From positions 9,609,256 through 9,673,255 of the forward strand of contig NC_085842.1 in NCBI RefSeq assembly GCF_035594765.1: DNA of 64,000 nt. Direction: 5' to 3'. The notes below the pieces were generated by a model, which was not told the origin of the DNA, did no database searches, and saw nothing but the letters and a program-made list of their open reading frames with translations. Each line of letters opens with the position of its first letter. Position 1 is the stretch's first letter. This document shows positions 38,833-51,572 of this stretch, piece by piece. Position numbers and translations under genes: made by a program. Source of the DNA: Anolis carolinensis. Lineage: Eukaryota.

Positions 38833-39324
38833 AAAATCTACCCCTGAGCTCTGGGTTTCTAACTCATCCGCCCAAAAGAGGTTGGAAAAAATGACTATAT
38901 CCGTTTGAGGGAGAGACTTATTTATTTATTTATTTTCTTACTACATTTATATGCCGCTCTTCTCACCCCGAAGGAGACTCAGAGCGGCTTACAATTCAAA
39001 TGTACATACAATATATTATTAGCATAGCACAATATAAGCCATTAAATTACTATATTGTACTATATAATTTCATGGTAATATTATTAGTAATATTACATTT
39101 AATATATAATATATAATTAATATTATATTATATTATTAATTAGTATAACATTGTATTACATTATAATATTATCATCAATATTATAAGTACATACAATATA
39201 TTGTATATTTATAAATTATTGTATATTATATATATGTATATAAAATTAGCACAGCATGTTGCTATGGCACAGGAGACGAGATGGAACTGCCTCCCTGGCT
39301 CTTCCCGTTGCTCTAAATTTACAT

Positions 39325-39620
39325 CATTATCCAACATTCTGGATTATCCAACGCATTTTTGTCGTCAATGTTTTCAATACATCGTGATATTTTGGTGCTA
39401 AATTAGTAAATACAGTAATTACTACGTAGCATTACTGCGTATTGAACTACTTTTTCTGTCAAATTTGTTGTCTAACATGATGTTTTGGTGCTTCATTTGT
39501 AAAATCATAACCTCATTTGATGTTTAATAGGCTTTTCCTTAGTGCCTCCTTATTATCCAGCATATTCGCTTATCCAACATTCTGCCGGCCCGTTTATGTT
39601 GGATAAGTGAGACTCTGCTG
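39325..39620 (+). mobile_element. Tigger-derived MITE, lacking left TIR
   Basis: Body matches 19480-19767; ends gagactctgctg|TA. Confidence 0.85.
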
Positions 39621-39934
39621 TATATCCGTTTGAGGGAGAGATGTATTTACATCATTGAGGGCGGCTGACAACAAGGGCACCATCTGACGCCTTGAATGCC
39701 TATAAAAACAAAGCCACATTGAATGGAAGACTGAGGGTGAAGGTTGGGCTTGAACTGCTCTGTCCATTGGCCAAGAACCAAAACTGCTCGTGGTTGTTTG
39801 TTGGGATATTTATACCCCGCTTGATCTCCCCAAAAGGGACTCAAAGCAGCTTGGCATGAAAGCGTCAGGATACCATTGAAAATGCGTAACAAGACAAACA
39901 TGAAAACAGCCTTCTTCAGGGGCAGCCCCACCAA

Positions 39935-40022
39935 GAGCGCGTCACAGTCTTCTGGAGGGGGGGGGGAGGGGGAGAGAGAGAGGACGCATGCGCAGAGGAG
40001 AGAGCAGGCCGCAGAGTCCCGG

Positions 40023-40054
<32 letters not shown>

Positions 40055-40162
40055 GGCCGCTCCCTCCCAAAGGCCGAGAAGAAGGAAGGAAGGGAGGGAG
40101 GGAGGGAGGGAGGGAGGGAGGAAGGGAGGGAGGAAGCCCCCCATCCCTCCCCCACTCACCTC

Positions 40163-40198
<36 letters not shown>

Positions 40199-40745
40199 CT
40201 CCTTCCTTCTTTCCTTCCTTCCTTCTGACAGGAAAGAGCGCCGCCCGGCCCCTCCCCCCCAGTCTTCCCGCCTCTCGCTGCACTTCCGCCCTCAAGAAAC
40301 ATGGCGGCCGCGGGCAAGATTCCCACAGAGGGGCGGGGCCCGAGAGGGAGAGGCAGGCGGAGAGACACGCCCCTTCTTTCCTTTCCTCCCAACGCCCAAT
40401 GAGAATCCGCCTTCCTCTCTGGCGTCATCGGTCTCCGGGCAGGAACGCCCCCGCCCCCCCTCCGCCCTTCTGCCGTTAACGGTCACTCCAGGAATCGGCC
40501 AATGGGAATGGGCCTCGTCTCTCCGCGTCATCCGTCTCCAGGCAGACTCTCCCGCGCCTTCCCGCCTCTGGGCCGGACTCTCCTGGCCCGCTCCTCATGG
40601 CAGGCAGGCTGCTGAAGCGGAGAAGGGGGGGCCAGGCCAAGGAGCGGGAGGCGCCTCTGCGTGGACGGGTCGTGTCGGGGAAGCAGCCTCCTCTCTCCGC
40701 CTCCGCTCGGCGAGGTTTCCCGGCTTCCTAAAGTGTCGCTTGAGA
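39935..40745 (-). promoter_or_regulatory. CpG-island promoter and non-coding exon 1 of ZNF paralog B
   Basis: NRF1-like 39984, donor 40158-40159, ETS cacttccgc 40281, YY1-like aacatggcgg about 40298, GC box 40331, modules at 40396-40545. Confidence 0.8.
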
Positions 40746-40849
40746 ACCTGAAGTGTAGGTCTGACGGGACTGGCAGTTTCCTCTTCCCTCATTATAACGA
40801 CTGCCATATACAGTAGAGTCTCACTTATCCAACACTCGCTGGATAAAAA

Positions 40850-41024
40850 GTCCCCAAACTTTTTAAACAGAGGGCCAGTTCACGGTCCCTCAGACCGTTG
40901 GAGGGCCAGACTATAGTTTAAAAAAAAACTATGAACAAATTCCCATGCACACTGCTCATATCTTATTTTGAAGTAAAAAAAAAACGGGAACAAATAAAGC
41001 CTCATCGATAATAATAATAATAAC

Positions 41025-41072
<48 letters not shown>

Positions 41073-41334
41073 GAGGGTTGGAAGAGAGCCCTTGGGCCAT
41101 TGAGTCCAACCCCCTTCTGCCTTTGTGCACCAAAAGCACTAGAAAAGCACCCCTTAATAATTAATTAAATAATAATTAAAATACCATTATAAACAAGCAA
41201 AGCTTTGGAAGGCGCGCACCAGACGCAAGTGTCTTCCTCGGTGGAGGAGGAGGAGGGAGCCGCCACCATGGGGGCCGCATAAATGGCTTCGAAGGGCCGC
41301 ATGTGGCCCCCGGGCCTTAGTTTGGGGACCCCTG
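40850..41334 (+). mobile_element. OC1/OposCharlie1-like non-autonomous hAT
   Basis: gtccccaaactttttaaacagagggccagttcacggtccctcagaccgttggagggcc ... gggccgcatgtggccc...tagtttggggacccctg. Left TIR clipped; family name from memory. Confidence 0.7.
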
Positions 41335-41389
41335 CAGTAGAGTCTCACTTATCCAACACTCGCTTATCCAACGGATTTTCTGGACCAAT

Positions 41390-42263
41390 CACAGTCTGGC
41401 TTCAGGCCTGGAGACGGCTCTGGTCGCCTTGGTGGGTGACCTCCGCAGGGAGCTGGACAGGGGAGTGTGACCCTGCTGGTTCTCTTGGACATCTCAGCGG
41501 CTTTCGAGACCATCGACCATGGTCTCCTTCTGGGACGTCTCTCCGGGATGGGCCTTGGGGGTTCCGCTCTGCAGTGGCTCCAGTCCTTCCTGGAGGGCCG
41601 TTCCCAGATGGTGAAGCTGTCTGCTCTGACCCCTGGCCTTTGACCTGTGGGGTCCCGCAAGGTTCCATTCTGTCCCCCATGCTTTTTAACATCTACATGT
41701 AACCGCTGGGAGAGGTCATCTGGAGTTTTGGAGTCTGGTGCCATCTCTACGCGGATGACACCAACTCTACTACTCCTTTCCACCAAACTCCAAGGAAGCC
41801 CCTCGGATATTGGATCAGTGCCTGGCCGCTGTGTTGGCCTGGATGAGGGTGAACAAACTGAGACTTAATCCCGACAAGACAGAGGTCCTCCAGGTCAGTC
41901 GTAAGTCTGATCGGGGTATTGGGTGGCCACCTGTGCTGGACGGGGTCACACTCCCCCTGAAGGCGCAGGTCCATTGCAGCTTGGGGGTCCTCCTGGATTC
42001 GGGGCTGACGCTTGAGGCCCAGGTGTCGGCCGTGGCCGGGAGGGCCTTTGCACAACTAAAACTTGTGCGCCAGCTGCGACCGTACCTCGAGAAGTCTGAT
42101 CTGACCAGGGTGGTCCATGCCTTAGTTACCTCTAGACTGGATTACTGCAATGCGCTCTACGTGGGGCTGCCTTTGAAGACGGCCCGGAAATTGCAATTAG
42201 TACAATGTTCGGCAGCCAGGCTTCTAACTGGAGTGAATTACAGGGCGCGTTCAACGCCTCTGT

Positions 42264-42266
<3 letters not shown>
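41390..42266 (+). mobile_element. L2 RT fragment
   Basis: GVPQGSILSPMLFNIY, YADD, LDYCNALY. Confidence 0.85.
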
Positions 42267-42299
<33 letters not shown>

Positions 42300-43365
42300 C
42301 TTTATTTATACCCCGCCACCATCTCCCCAGCGGGGACTCGGGGCGGCTAACATGGGGCCATGCCCAAAGCAATACAATATAATAAAATATAAAACAGCAT
42401 ATCATAACATAATTAAAAGTAATACAATAGATAATAATAGACATCACATCAAGAAATCAAGAAACAGTAAAACAAGAGCAGGCCGCATGAACACAAAGAT
42501 AAAACCCGGAGTGAGAGGGACAGAGGGGTACTCCAATGTGGACAGGGACCTATAAGAGTGGGGCAGTTTAGAGGATAGATGTTCGGGGGGGAGTAACACA
42601 GAAATATATAACAGAAGTTACTCACCAAAAGCACAGCGGAAGAGCCATGTTTTCAGGTCTTTCCTAAAAGCTAACAAAGTGGGAGCTTGCCTGATTTCAG
42701 TAGGCAGTGAGTTCCATAGTCGGGGGGCCACAGCAGAAAAGGCCCTCTCCCTTGTACTCACAAGGCGGGCCTGGGATATAGACAGTGGTGATAAAAGGGC
42801 CTCCCCGGATGATCGTAAAGATCGGGCAGGTTTATGGAGGGAGATACGGTCACGGAGGTAGGTGGGTCCCAAACCGTTTAGGGCTTTATAGATGATGGTC
42901 TGCACCTTGAATTGGGACCGGAAGATGAACGGCAGCCAGTGGAGCTCCTTAAACAAGGGAGTGGATCTCTCCCTGTAACTTGCCCCCGTTATTAATCTGG
43001 CACCCGAGCGTTGGACCAGTTGTAATTTCCGGGCCGTCTTCAAGGGAAGCCCCACGTAGAGCGCATTACAGTAGTCCAGTCTAGAGGTAACTAAGGCATG
43101 CACCACCGTGGTCAAGTCAGACTTCACGAGGTATGGTCGCAGTTGGCGCACAAGTTTGAGTTGTGCAAAGGCCCTCCCGGCCACCGCCGACACCTGCGCC
43201 TCAAGCGTCAGCCCCGAATCCAGGAGGACCCCCAAACTGCGGACCTGTGATTTCAGGGGGAGTGCAACCCCGTCCAGCACAGGCTGCCACCCAATACCCC
43301 GATCCGACGCGCGACTGACCAGGAGGGCCTCTGTCTTGTCAGGATTGATCCTCAGCTTGTTCCTA
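42267..43365 (-). mobile_element. L2 3' end with (TTA)n tail
   Basis: ORF 42618-43280 (LDYCNALYVGLP...LWNSLP) followed by 3' UTR and tail. Confidence 0.88.
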
Positions 43366-44130
43366 TTTTAAACTTGTGTCCTTTGTATGATGTTTTATGG
43401 ACTTTAATATGTATTTTATAGAAAGGCAATTTTAATGTAGATCTTTTATAGTTAGTTTTATATATATATATCTTTGTTGAATTTTGACAATGTTCGTGTT
43501 TTTAAAATTTTGTGGTAACCTGCCTCGTACTGCAAGGAGAGGCGAGTAAGAAATAAAATTATTATTATTATCATTATCATTGTTATTGTTATATGTACGC
43601 ATTGAGTTGCTAGAGGTGTCATTTCAGTTTGATTTGCAGTTTTCCTTCTTGCAATAGGACTGAAAATGCAGCCCTTCAGTGTCTTCCCAGGTGGGACCCT
43701 AAGCTGAGCTGAGCCCTGAAACTGAGCTGGAAGACAAACAGACGGCAAAGAATCTTCTTGTACGTCTTCTTGGGCTGTTGAATGCGCCTGTGTTCTTAGG
43801 GCCGTTTCCTCATGGGTCTCTTTATAGGACTGCAATGGTCACCTCTGAGGCCTGTTTATGTGACCAGCTTCCCACCCCTTGCTCTCTCTCCAGGGTCTGG
43901 AATGATGCTGTGGCCGAATCCTCAGCCGTTTCTCCCCCTTTGCGATGGAGTGGGACTGAGTCAGGTGAGCAGAAGGATTCCTGGGAGCAGAGGACGGGGC
44001 CTGCCGGGGTGTCTTTGGTTAATTGTCAAATATCTGTTGAAACAGACAAGATCGAATGTGTTTCCTTAGAAGTGAAGTACTGAAGGCACAATTACAAGGA
44101 GGAAAAAAATGAAGAGAAAACTAAATAGAT

Positions 44131-44447
44131 GCCTCACCCTCACTCATCGCCCGGACTTGCAGCGCTGTATTACCCGCCCTGCCCTTGCAACTGTTCCTGC
44201 GCTAGCCCTTGCCCGCCCTCTTCGATCTGAACATGCCCACTGTTCTCGGCTACTGGTTGATGGTGGTTGTTGTTCTTATGTTGTTACAATACTTGTTTTT
44301 TGGTTTTATTGTTTTAATGATTGAAATGCAATTGTATATTAATTGTGCTATATTTTATTCTGTTTTTGCTGGGCATAGTCCCCACGTAAGTCATCCCGAG
44401 TCCCTTCGGGGAGATGGTGGCGGGATATAAGAACAAACTTATTATTA
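44131..44447 (+). mobile_element. L2 3' UTR/tail
   Basis: Homologous to 28553-28857. Confidence 0.7.
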
Positions 44448-46170
44448 TCTATACACATGATAAAAGTGAAAATCTGTATGTGTGTGTATGTGGCAGGGGT
44501 GTCAATTTACACAGACAGGCTCCCACTTCCACAAATAGCTATAGCTCCCACTATGCAGGAAAAACCAGTGGCCCTCCCTCCAATGACACTGTAGGTTATA
44601 GCGAGCGCCGTGAAAATGCCCAAGCGCCCTGCCAATGTCCTCCACAAACACCATCCTGCCCACCACCCAAGAGAAGGCTTTCATACGGGGACAATTTCCT
44701 CCTAGATCTTCTGTTTTTCTTCCACCAGACACACCAGTGTTTCTGACTCTCTCCATTGATGTGGAATTTGCATGACCCCGCCCACTGCCTCTCCCATAAC
44801 CCTTTCCTACTCTTTTCCACAGCAAACTCTTTTCCTACTCTTTTCTCACACAGCAAACAGGAATTGATCAGCAACTGAACATATTAGAGAGAGGTTTTGG
44901 GAGAATTCAGCATCATTTATAGGACTTGTAGGGACTGGGATGTATAGTCCACCTTCAATCTAAGAGCACTCTGAGCTCCACCAATGATGGACCTGGAACC
45001 AACGTGGCACACAGAACCCCCATGACCATACTGCAGGGGTTTGTGGGAATAGACCTTGATTTGGGGAGTTACAATTTACCCTTATCCAGAGAGCACTGAA
45101 CTCAGCCGACACTGGACCTGAACCAAAATTGACACACAGACACAATACTGGCAGGGTTTGGGGGGGATTGACTTTGCAATATGGGAGTCATGGTTCACGT
45201 GCATCCAGAGAGCACTAAACCCACCCGACTACAGTTCTCGACCAAACATGGCCCACAAACCCAACATGGCCGACTGAATACTGACAGGGTTTGGGGTGAC
45301 TGCCATTTGCATATGGGAGTTGTAGTTCACCCTTAGCCAGAGAGCTTTGAACCCAGTCGACAAATAACCCAGCCAACAAATGCTTTTTTCAACTCACCTG
45401 GGCACCACTGGGTCTCCAAGCTTTTTACTCCAATGTTTACAGCTTGGCCATAATGCCAGTAATGTACCACCACGGGCAGAGAATCACAGCTTGATTGAGT
45501 CCGAGTTGATGTTTTTATATGTACATATGTTTTATTTAGTTGCATTTTATATGGTGTTTACTTTTTAGACACTTTGTGCCGTCTGTAAGTTGCTCCAAGT
45601 CCCTTCAGGGAGATGGTGGCGGGAAAGAAGAATGAAGTTATGGTTGTTGTTGTGGTTATTATTATCAGTTCCACATTCCACCCCATGACGGAAGGTGCAG
45701 AAGTCATCGCAACAGTGTCTGCAGTGCGACATTAATTACCAACAAACTGGACAGGGGTTTTGGGGGGAATTGACCTTGATTTGGGGAGTTGTAGTTCTCT
45801 ACATCCAAAAACCACTGTGAACCCAGCCTACGATGGCACACAGACCCAACATATCCAACTTTAAATACTGATGGCAGTTTGGGGTGATTGACCTAGGAAT
45901 CCGGGATTTGTAGTTCACTCACATCCAGAGATTACTGAACCCAGCCGGCGATGGATCCAGACCAAAATTGGTGCACAGGCCCAACGTGACTATCTTTTAA
46001 AACTGGCAGGCTTTGGGGAGGACTGACCCCCGATTTTGGGAATTGTAGTTCACCCATATCATGAATTTCCCATCTGGAGCATACATAGAAAAGGAAAGGA
46101 AAGGCAGGCTTTTTCTAATAAGTAGCACCACAAATGTCCTAACCCAGGCATCGCCAGGTACCTAAGCTAG
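44448..46170 (+). mobile_element. Non-autonomous Helitron, complete, with internal subrepeats
   Basis: 5' A|TC and 3' degenerate hairpin cccaggcatcgccagg, then CTAG|T at 46167-46171. Repeated ggagttgtagttcac..atccagagagcactga blocks. Confidence 0.75.
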
Positions 46171-46194
46171 TCTCTACCTATGTCTTCTTCTTCT

Positions 46195-47057
46195 TCTATA
46201 TCCATAATAAAAGTGAAATTATGAAATAATAATACATTAAAACTTTGTTTTTTTACCACATCTGTCTCCGCAGGGGGACTCAGAGCGGTTCTATGTGTAT
46301 GTCTCCCACTTCCACAGACAGGCTCCCATTTTCACGCACACCCACAACCTCCCTCCCTCTCATGGCATTGCAGACTAGAGAGAGCGCTGTGAACCACGTC
46401 CTCCACAAACACCATTCTGCCCACCATCCAAGGGAATGCTTTTCTATGGGGACAATTTCACCCTAGATTTTATCTGTTCCCTCCACCACAGACACCTCAG
46501 TGTTTCTTACTCTTTCCATTGCTGTGGAATGTGCACGATCCCACCCACTGCCTCTTCCATAACCCTTTCCTAAACAGACCAGAACTGATCAGCTGACTCC
46601 ATACAACAGGTCTTGGCACACCGACCTGACATGCCTAATTTGGAATACCAGTGGGTGTGGAGGGGACTGGCCTTAGAGGTTGGGAGTTATGGTTCACCCA
46701 CAGTGCTCTCTCAGTGGGGGTTCTGTGACCCCACCGACAGATCTGGGCCAAACATGACACACAGACCCCACATGCCATGAAGGGATTTTAGGGGGGGGGG
46801 GCTGATACATCATGGTAGAAGTTGTAGTTCACCCCTCATCTAGGGAGCACTCTGAATCCCACCAGTAACAGATCTGGACCTAACCTGGCACCAGGGTGGG
46901 AGTTGTAGTTCACCCTGCATCCAGAGAGCACTGTGAACCCAACCAATGACCGTTCTAGACCGAACTTGGCACACATACCCAGCATGGCCAACTTTGAATA
47001 CTGATTGGGTTTGGGTGGAGGGAACTGACCCATGATTTTGGGAACTGTAGTTCACCC
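46195..47057 (+). mobile_element. Second related Helitron, truncated by CR1
   Basis: Starts tctatatccataataaaagtgaaa with the same internal blocks. Confidence 0.6.
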
Positions 47058-49397
47058 TCATAGAATCATAGAATTGGAAGTCCAGTCCAACCCCATTCTG
47101 CCAAGAAGCAGGAAAATGACATTCAAAGCACCCCCAACAGATGGCCATCCAGCCTCTGCTTAAAAGCCTCCAAAGAAGGAGCCTCCCCCACACTACGGGG
47201 CAGAAAGTTCCACAACTCTCATTGTTCGGAAGTTCTTCCGGATGTTCAGGTGGAATCTCCTTTCCTGCAGTTTGAAGCCATTGTTCTGTGTCCTAGTCTG
47301 CAGGGCAGCAGAAAGCAATCTTGCTCCCTCCTCCCAATGACTTCCCCTCACATATTTGTACATGGCTCTCATGTCTCCTCTTAGCCTTCTCTTCTGCAGG
47401 CTAAACATGCATAGCTCTATCAGTCGCTCCTCCTAGGGCTTGTCCTCCAGACCCTTGATCATTTTAGTCGCCCTCCTGTGGACGCTTTCCAGCTTGTCAA
47501 CATCTCCCTTCAACTGTGGTGCCCAGAATGGGACAGAGTGTGATCCCAGGTGTGGTCTGACCAAGGCAGAATAGAATAAGGGGGAGCAGGACTTCCCTGG
47601 ATCTAGACGCTGTTCCCCTATTGATGCAGGACAGAATCCCACTGGCTTTTTTAGCTGCTGCATCACATTGTTGGCTCATGTTTAACTTGTTGTCCACGAG
47701 GACTCCACGGTCTTTTTCACACGTACTGCTGTCGAGCCAGGCGTCCCCCATTCTGTATCTATGCATTCCATTTTTTCTGCCTAAGTGGAGTATCTTGCAT
47801 TTGTCCCTGTTGAACTTCATTTTGTTAGTTTCGGCCCATCTCTCTAGTCTTTCAAGATCGTTTTGAATTCTGCTCCTGTCTTCTGGAGTGTTGGCTATCC
47901 CTCCCAGTTTGGTGTCGTCTGCAAACTTGATGATCGTGCCTTCTAACCCTTCATCTAAGTTGTTAATAAAGATGTTAAACAGAACCGGGCCCAGGACAGA
48001 GCCCTGCGGCACTCCACTCGTCACTTCTTTCCATGATGAAGACGACGCATTGGTGAGCACCCTTTGGGTTCGTTCGCTTAGCCAATTACAGATCCACCTA
48101 ACCGTAGTTTTGTCTAGCCCACATTTTACTAGCTTGTTTGCCAGAAGGTCGTGGGGGACCTTGTCGAAGGCCTTACTGAAATCCAGGTAGGCTACATCCA
48201 CGGCATTCCAGCTTGTAACTCTATCGAAAAAAGAGATCAGATTAGTCTGGCATGATTTGTTTTTGATAAATCCGTGTTGACTATTAGCAATGACAGCATT
48301 TGTTTCTAAATGTTCACAGACCACTTCCTTAGCGATCTTTCCCAGGATCTTGCCTGGTATCAACGTGAGGCTGACCGGTCAGTAATTGTTTGGGTTGTTC
48401 TTTTTTCCCTTCTTGAAGATAGGGACCACATTCGCCCTCCTCCAATCTGCTGGGACTTCTCCCGTTCTCCAAGAACTCTCGAAGATAATTGCCAGTGGTT
48501 CTGAAATAACTTCCGCTAGTTCCTTCAATACTCTTGGATGTAGCTGATCTGGTCCTGGGGACTTGAATTCGTTTAGAGAGGCCAGGTGTTCCTGGACAAC
48601 TTGTTTCCCTATTTGGGGTTGGATTTCCCCCAATCCTTCGTCCATTCCATGTTGCTGGGGTTGAAGATGGCTTTCTTTTTGTGAGAAGACCGAGGCAAAG
48701 AAGGCATTAAGCAGTTCTGCCTTTTCCCTGTCCCCTGTCACCATCACCCCATCCATTTCTCCTCACAGTGGCCCTATTGCCTCCTTATTCTTCCTTTTTC
48801 TACCAACGTAAGCAAAAAAGCCTTTTGTGGTTGTTTTTTATGTCCCTGGCAAGTCTGAGCTCATTTTGCGCTTTAGCCTTGCGAACCTTTTCCCTACAGG
48901 AGTTGGCTATACGTTTGAATTCTTCTTTGGTGATTTCTCCCCTTTTCCACTTCTTGTGCATGTCTCTTTTGAGTCTTAGCCCGGTTAGAAGTTCTTTGGA
49001 CATCCATTCTGGCTTCTTCGCACTTGTTTTATTTTTTTTCTTTGTTGGCACTATTTGCATTTGCGCCTTGAGTAGTTCACTTTTTAAAAACTCTCATCCA
49101 TCCTTAACTCCCTTGTCTTTTAATATTGGCGTCCATGGAATGCCGCTCAGTAATTCCTTCATTTTTTGGAAGTCAGCTCTCTTAAAGTCCAGAATGCGTG
49201 TTTGACTTGTTTTAGTTTCAGCCTTCCTTTGTATGGCAAACTGCAGGAGCACATGGTCACTTGCCCCTAAGGATCCAACCACTTCGACTGTATTGATCAG
49301 GTCTTCCACATTTGTTAAGATTAGATCAAGAGTAGCCTATCCCCTTGTTGCCTCTTCTACCTTCTGGACCATAAAATTGTCTGCAACGCAAGTGAGG
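47058..49397 (-). mobile_element. CR1 LINE, 5'-truncated (end of endonuclease + RT, frameshifted)
   Basis: ATLDLILTN, LGASDH, KSPGPD, SQHGF, GVPQGSVLGP, KFADD, and a 3' (ATTCTATG)n tail at 47058-47075. Confidence 0.93.
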
Positions 49398-50136
49398 CAA
49401 TGTGAATCAGTTGCTTTGTATTTTAGTCTCCAGAGAAGCAGGAAAAACTTGCCAATTTCTTTTCAAAGGGACATCCTTCCAAATATTGGCTCTCTTGTCC
49501 CCTTGGCCTTTTTTCCCCTCTGAACTAAACACACCCATCACCCTCGGCCATTCCCTAGAGCCCTTTTCTGGAGACATCTCAAAATCTTGCTTGAATGGTG
49601 CTGCCCAGAACTGGACACAAGGTTATTCCAGATCAGGTCTGATCAAAGCGTAGAAGAGAGTTGACTAAAACTTACCCAGATCTAGACATCACCCTCCCAT
49701 TGGTACAGCCTAAAATCACACTGGCTTTTCAAAGCTGCTGTATCACACTCGTTTTTAAAAAACAATATTTATTCAAAGACTAAAGAAGAAAAACAAATCA
49801 AAGCATGTTTACACAAATTACAATTTTGGTATTTAAAAACAATATTTTATACAAATAATAATTTTGGTACATTTTTTTAAAAAAGGACTATTTAACAAAT
49901 ATAAAGGGAACAAGACACACACCTTGCACAATAAGAACAAAACTAACTGACATCAAACGCTAATTTACAAAACTCACTCACTATATGATTTGTATCTCTA
50001 TTTACTCTTATTTCCTTTCAATGCGGTTCTATACTTCATCAATGTAGTTAATATGTCCATCTCAACGGATTCATGAATCTTCATCAGTCGTTGTAGTCAT
50101 TTTTTTGTCTTCCATTCTCTGCAGTTGGGGAGGGAT

Positions 50137-51540
50137 ACTGTGTGTCCTAATGGACCCTTTGCCAAAGGTGGGGATTGAACAGTCTCATATGCAGAAAGGG
50201 TTTCACTCTACACAGGGATAAGTACACACAAAGCAAGGCTGATGGTCTCATGTTCCAGGGCTCTCTTGGTATAAAGTCTGAGGTTTATTAAACAAACACA
50301 AGACAAGCCAAGACCATATTTTATAGGAAAACTAAAGTCTTCAGTCCAGCTAAAACAGTGGTTCCCAACCTGGGGTCCATGGACCACCAGTGATCCGCAA
50401 GAACTAAAATAGGGTTCACAGCCTCACAGTTACTACACCATTACAATGAGAGTGACTGGTCTCGCGAAACCCTCTTATAGTCCTGAGGATTATTAAATAT
50501 GGTTTTCTGTGGGCGAGCAGATGACGACTAACTGGATGGCATATCAGGAATGAGAGCTGACGTGGTCTATCCAATGCAATGTTCTGAATCATCACTCCAA
50601 ATAACCAAACCAAATCTAAAGTTGACCAAAAACTGATTTATAACCCTTCTGGTACTAATTTTGGAGAGTGGTCCCTTGTCAAATGATCCCTAGTTAAAAA
50701 AAGGTTGGGAGCCACTGAGCTAAAATAATTGGAGCAACACAGTTGAAGGAACAATGAATACAAGTGCAGGTCAAGAGTCCAATTATTGCGGACAAGTTGA
50801 GTACTGCAGATACAGGTCAGGAGTGAAAATTAACAAGAACCAAGGTCACAGTCCCAACAATCACATGCCAGGAGTTCATTCAGCTGAGTTGATAAAACAA
50901 CAACCAAGAAATCAAGAGTACAAACCGAATTTAGAGTCCCAAAGTCAAGCCAGAAAATCAGGGATACAAACAAAGTCCAAGTCCATATACGAAACCTAGA
51001 CGTCAGTCCAGAATTTAGAGTCAATGATTCAGGATACAACAAAGTCCAGAAAAGGGTTAAAAGTTCAGGGCTAGCACCCAAAATTTCAACCAAGGGACTC
51101 AGGACAGATCACAGTACATACAGTACACATGCATGGGAAACAATTGATGCCATTGAATGCAGAAGAGCCAAGAAATAAGGCAGGAGTATGAAGATACGAC
51201 GTTATCTGCAAACAAAGAGCTATTCTTTTTCAGAACCCTTTAATCCAGAGATCTCTGCTGCTGCTCATTTCAGCAAACCTTCACACATCATCCTAGAGGC
51301 CTGCGATGGGTCTCTTTGCGGAGGAGGTTAGGTGAACCCCTTCCAAGCTTGCTGCCATTCTGAGTGACACCTGCTCCCAGTAGCCGTCAACCAAGGCCAC
51401 ACAAACTCCGATTCATGGTGGAGAGAGAGCAAGGTGCTGGCCTTCCTCTTTCCTTCCAATGTGTTTTTATAGATTCGGAAACTCAAAGGCCCGTCTCCTC
51501 TAGAGGTACATGAGTTCTGTGATATCTACTGTATGCTGAA
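50137..51540 (-). repeat. LTR-like repeat downstream of ZNF paralog C (contains a hAT)
   Basis: Shares blocks with 30330-30900; minus-strand AATAAA at about 50284. Confidence 0.45.
50356..50717 (+). mobile_element. Non-autonomous hAT (362 bp)
   Basis: TIRs cagtggttcccaacc / ggttgggagccactg, with a perfect 8-bp TSD agctaaaa at 50348-50355 and 50718-50725. Confidence 0.92.
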
Positions 51541-51572
51541 CTTTTTCTAAAGCTCTGTTCCTATTCCGTGCA

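Noticed and set aside
44900-46070. CRISPR-like repeat-spacer pattern (also the 84-bp arrays and 21175-21375)
   Set aside because: Eukaryotic context. The repeats are degenerate Helitron/LTR subrepeats or ZF codons, with no unique spacers and no cas genes.
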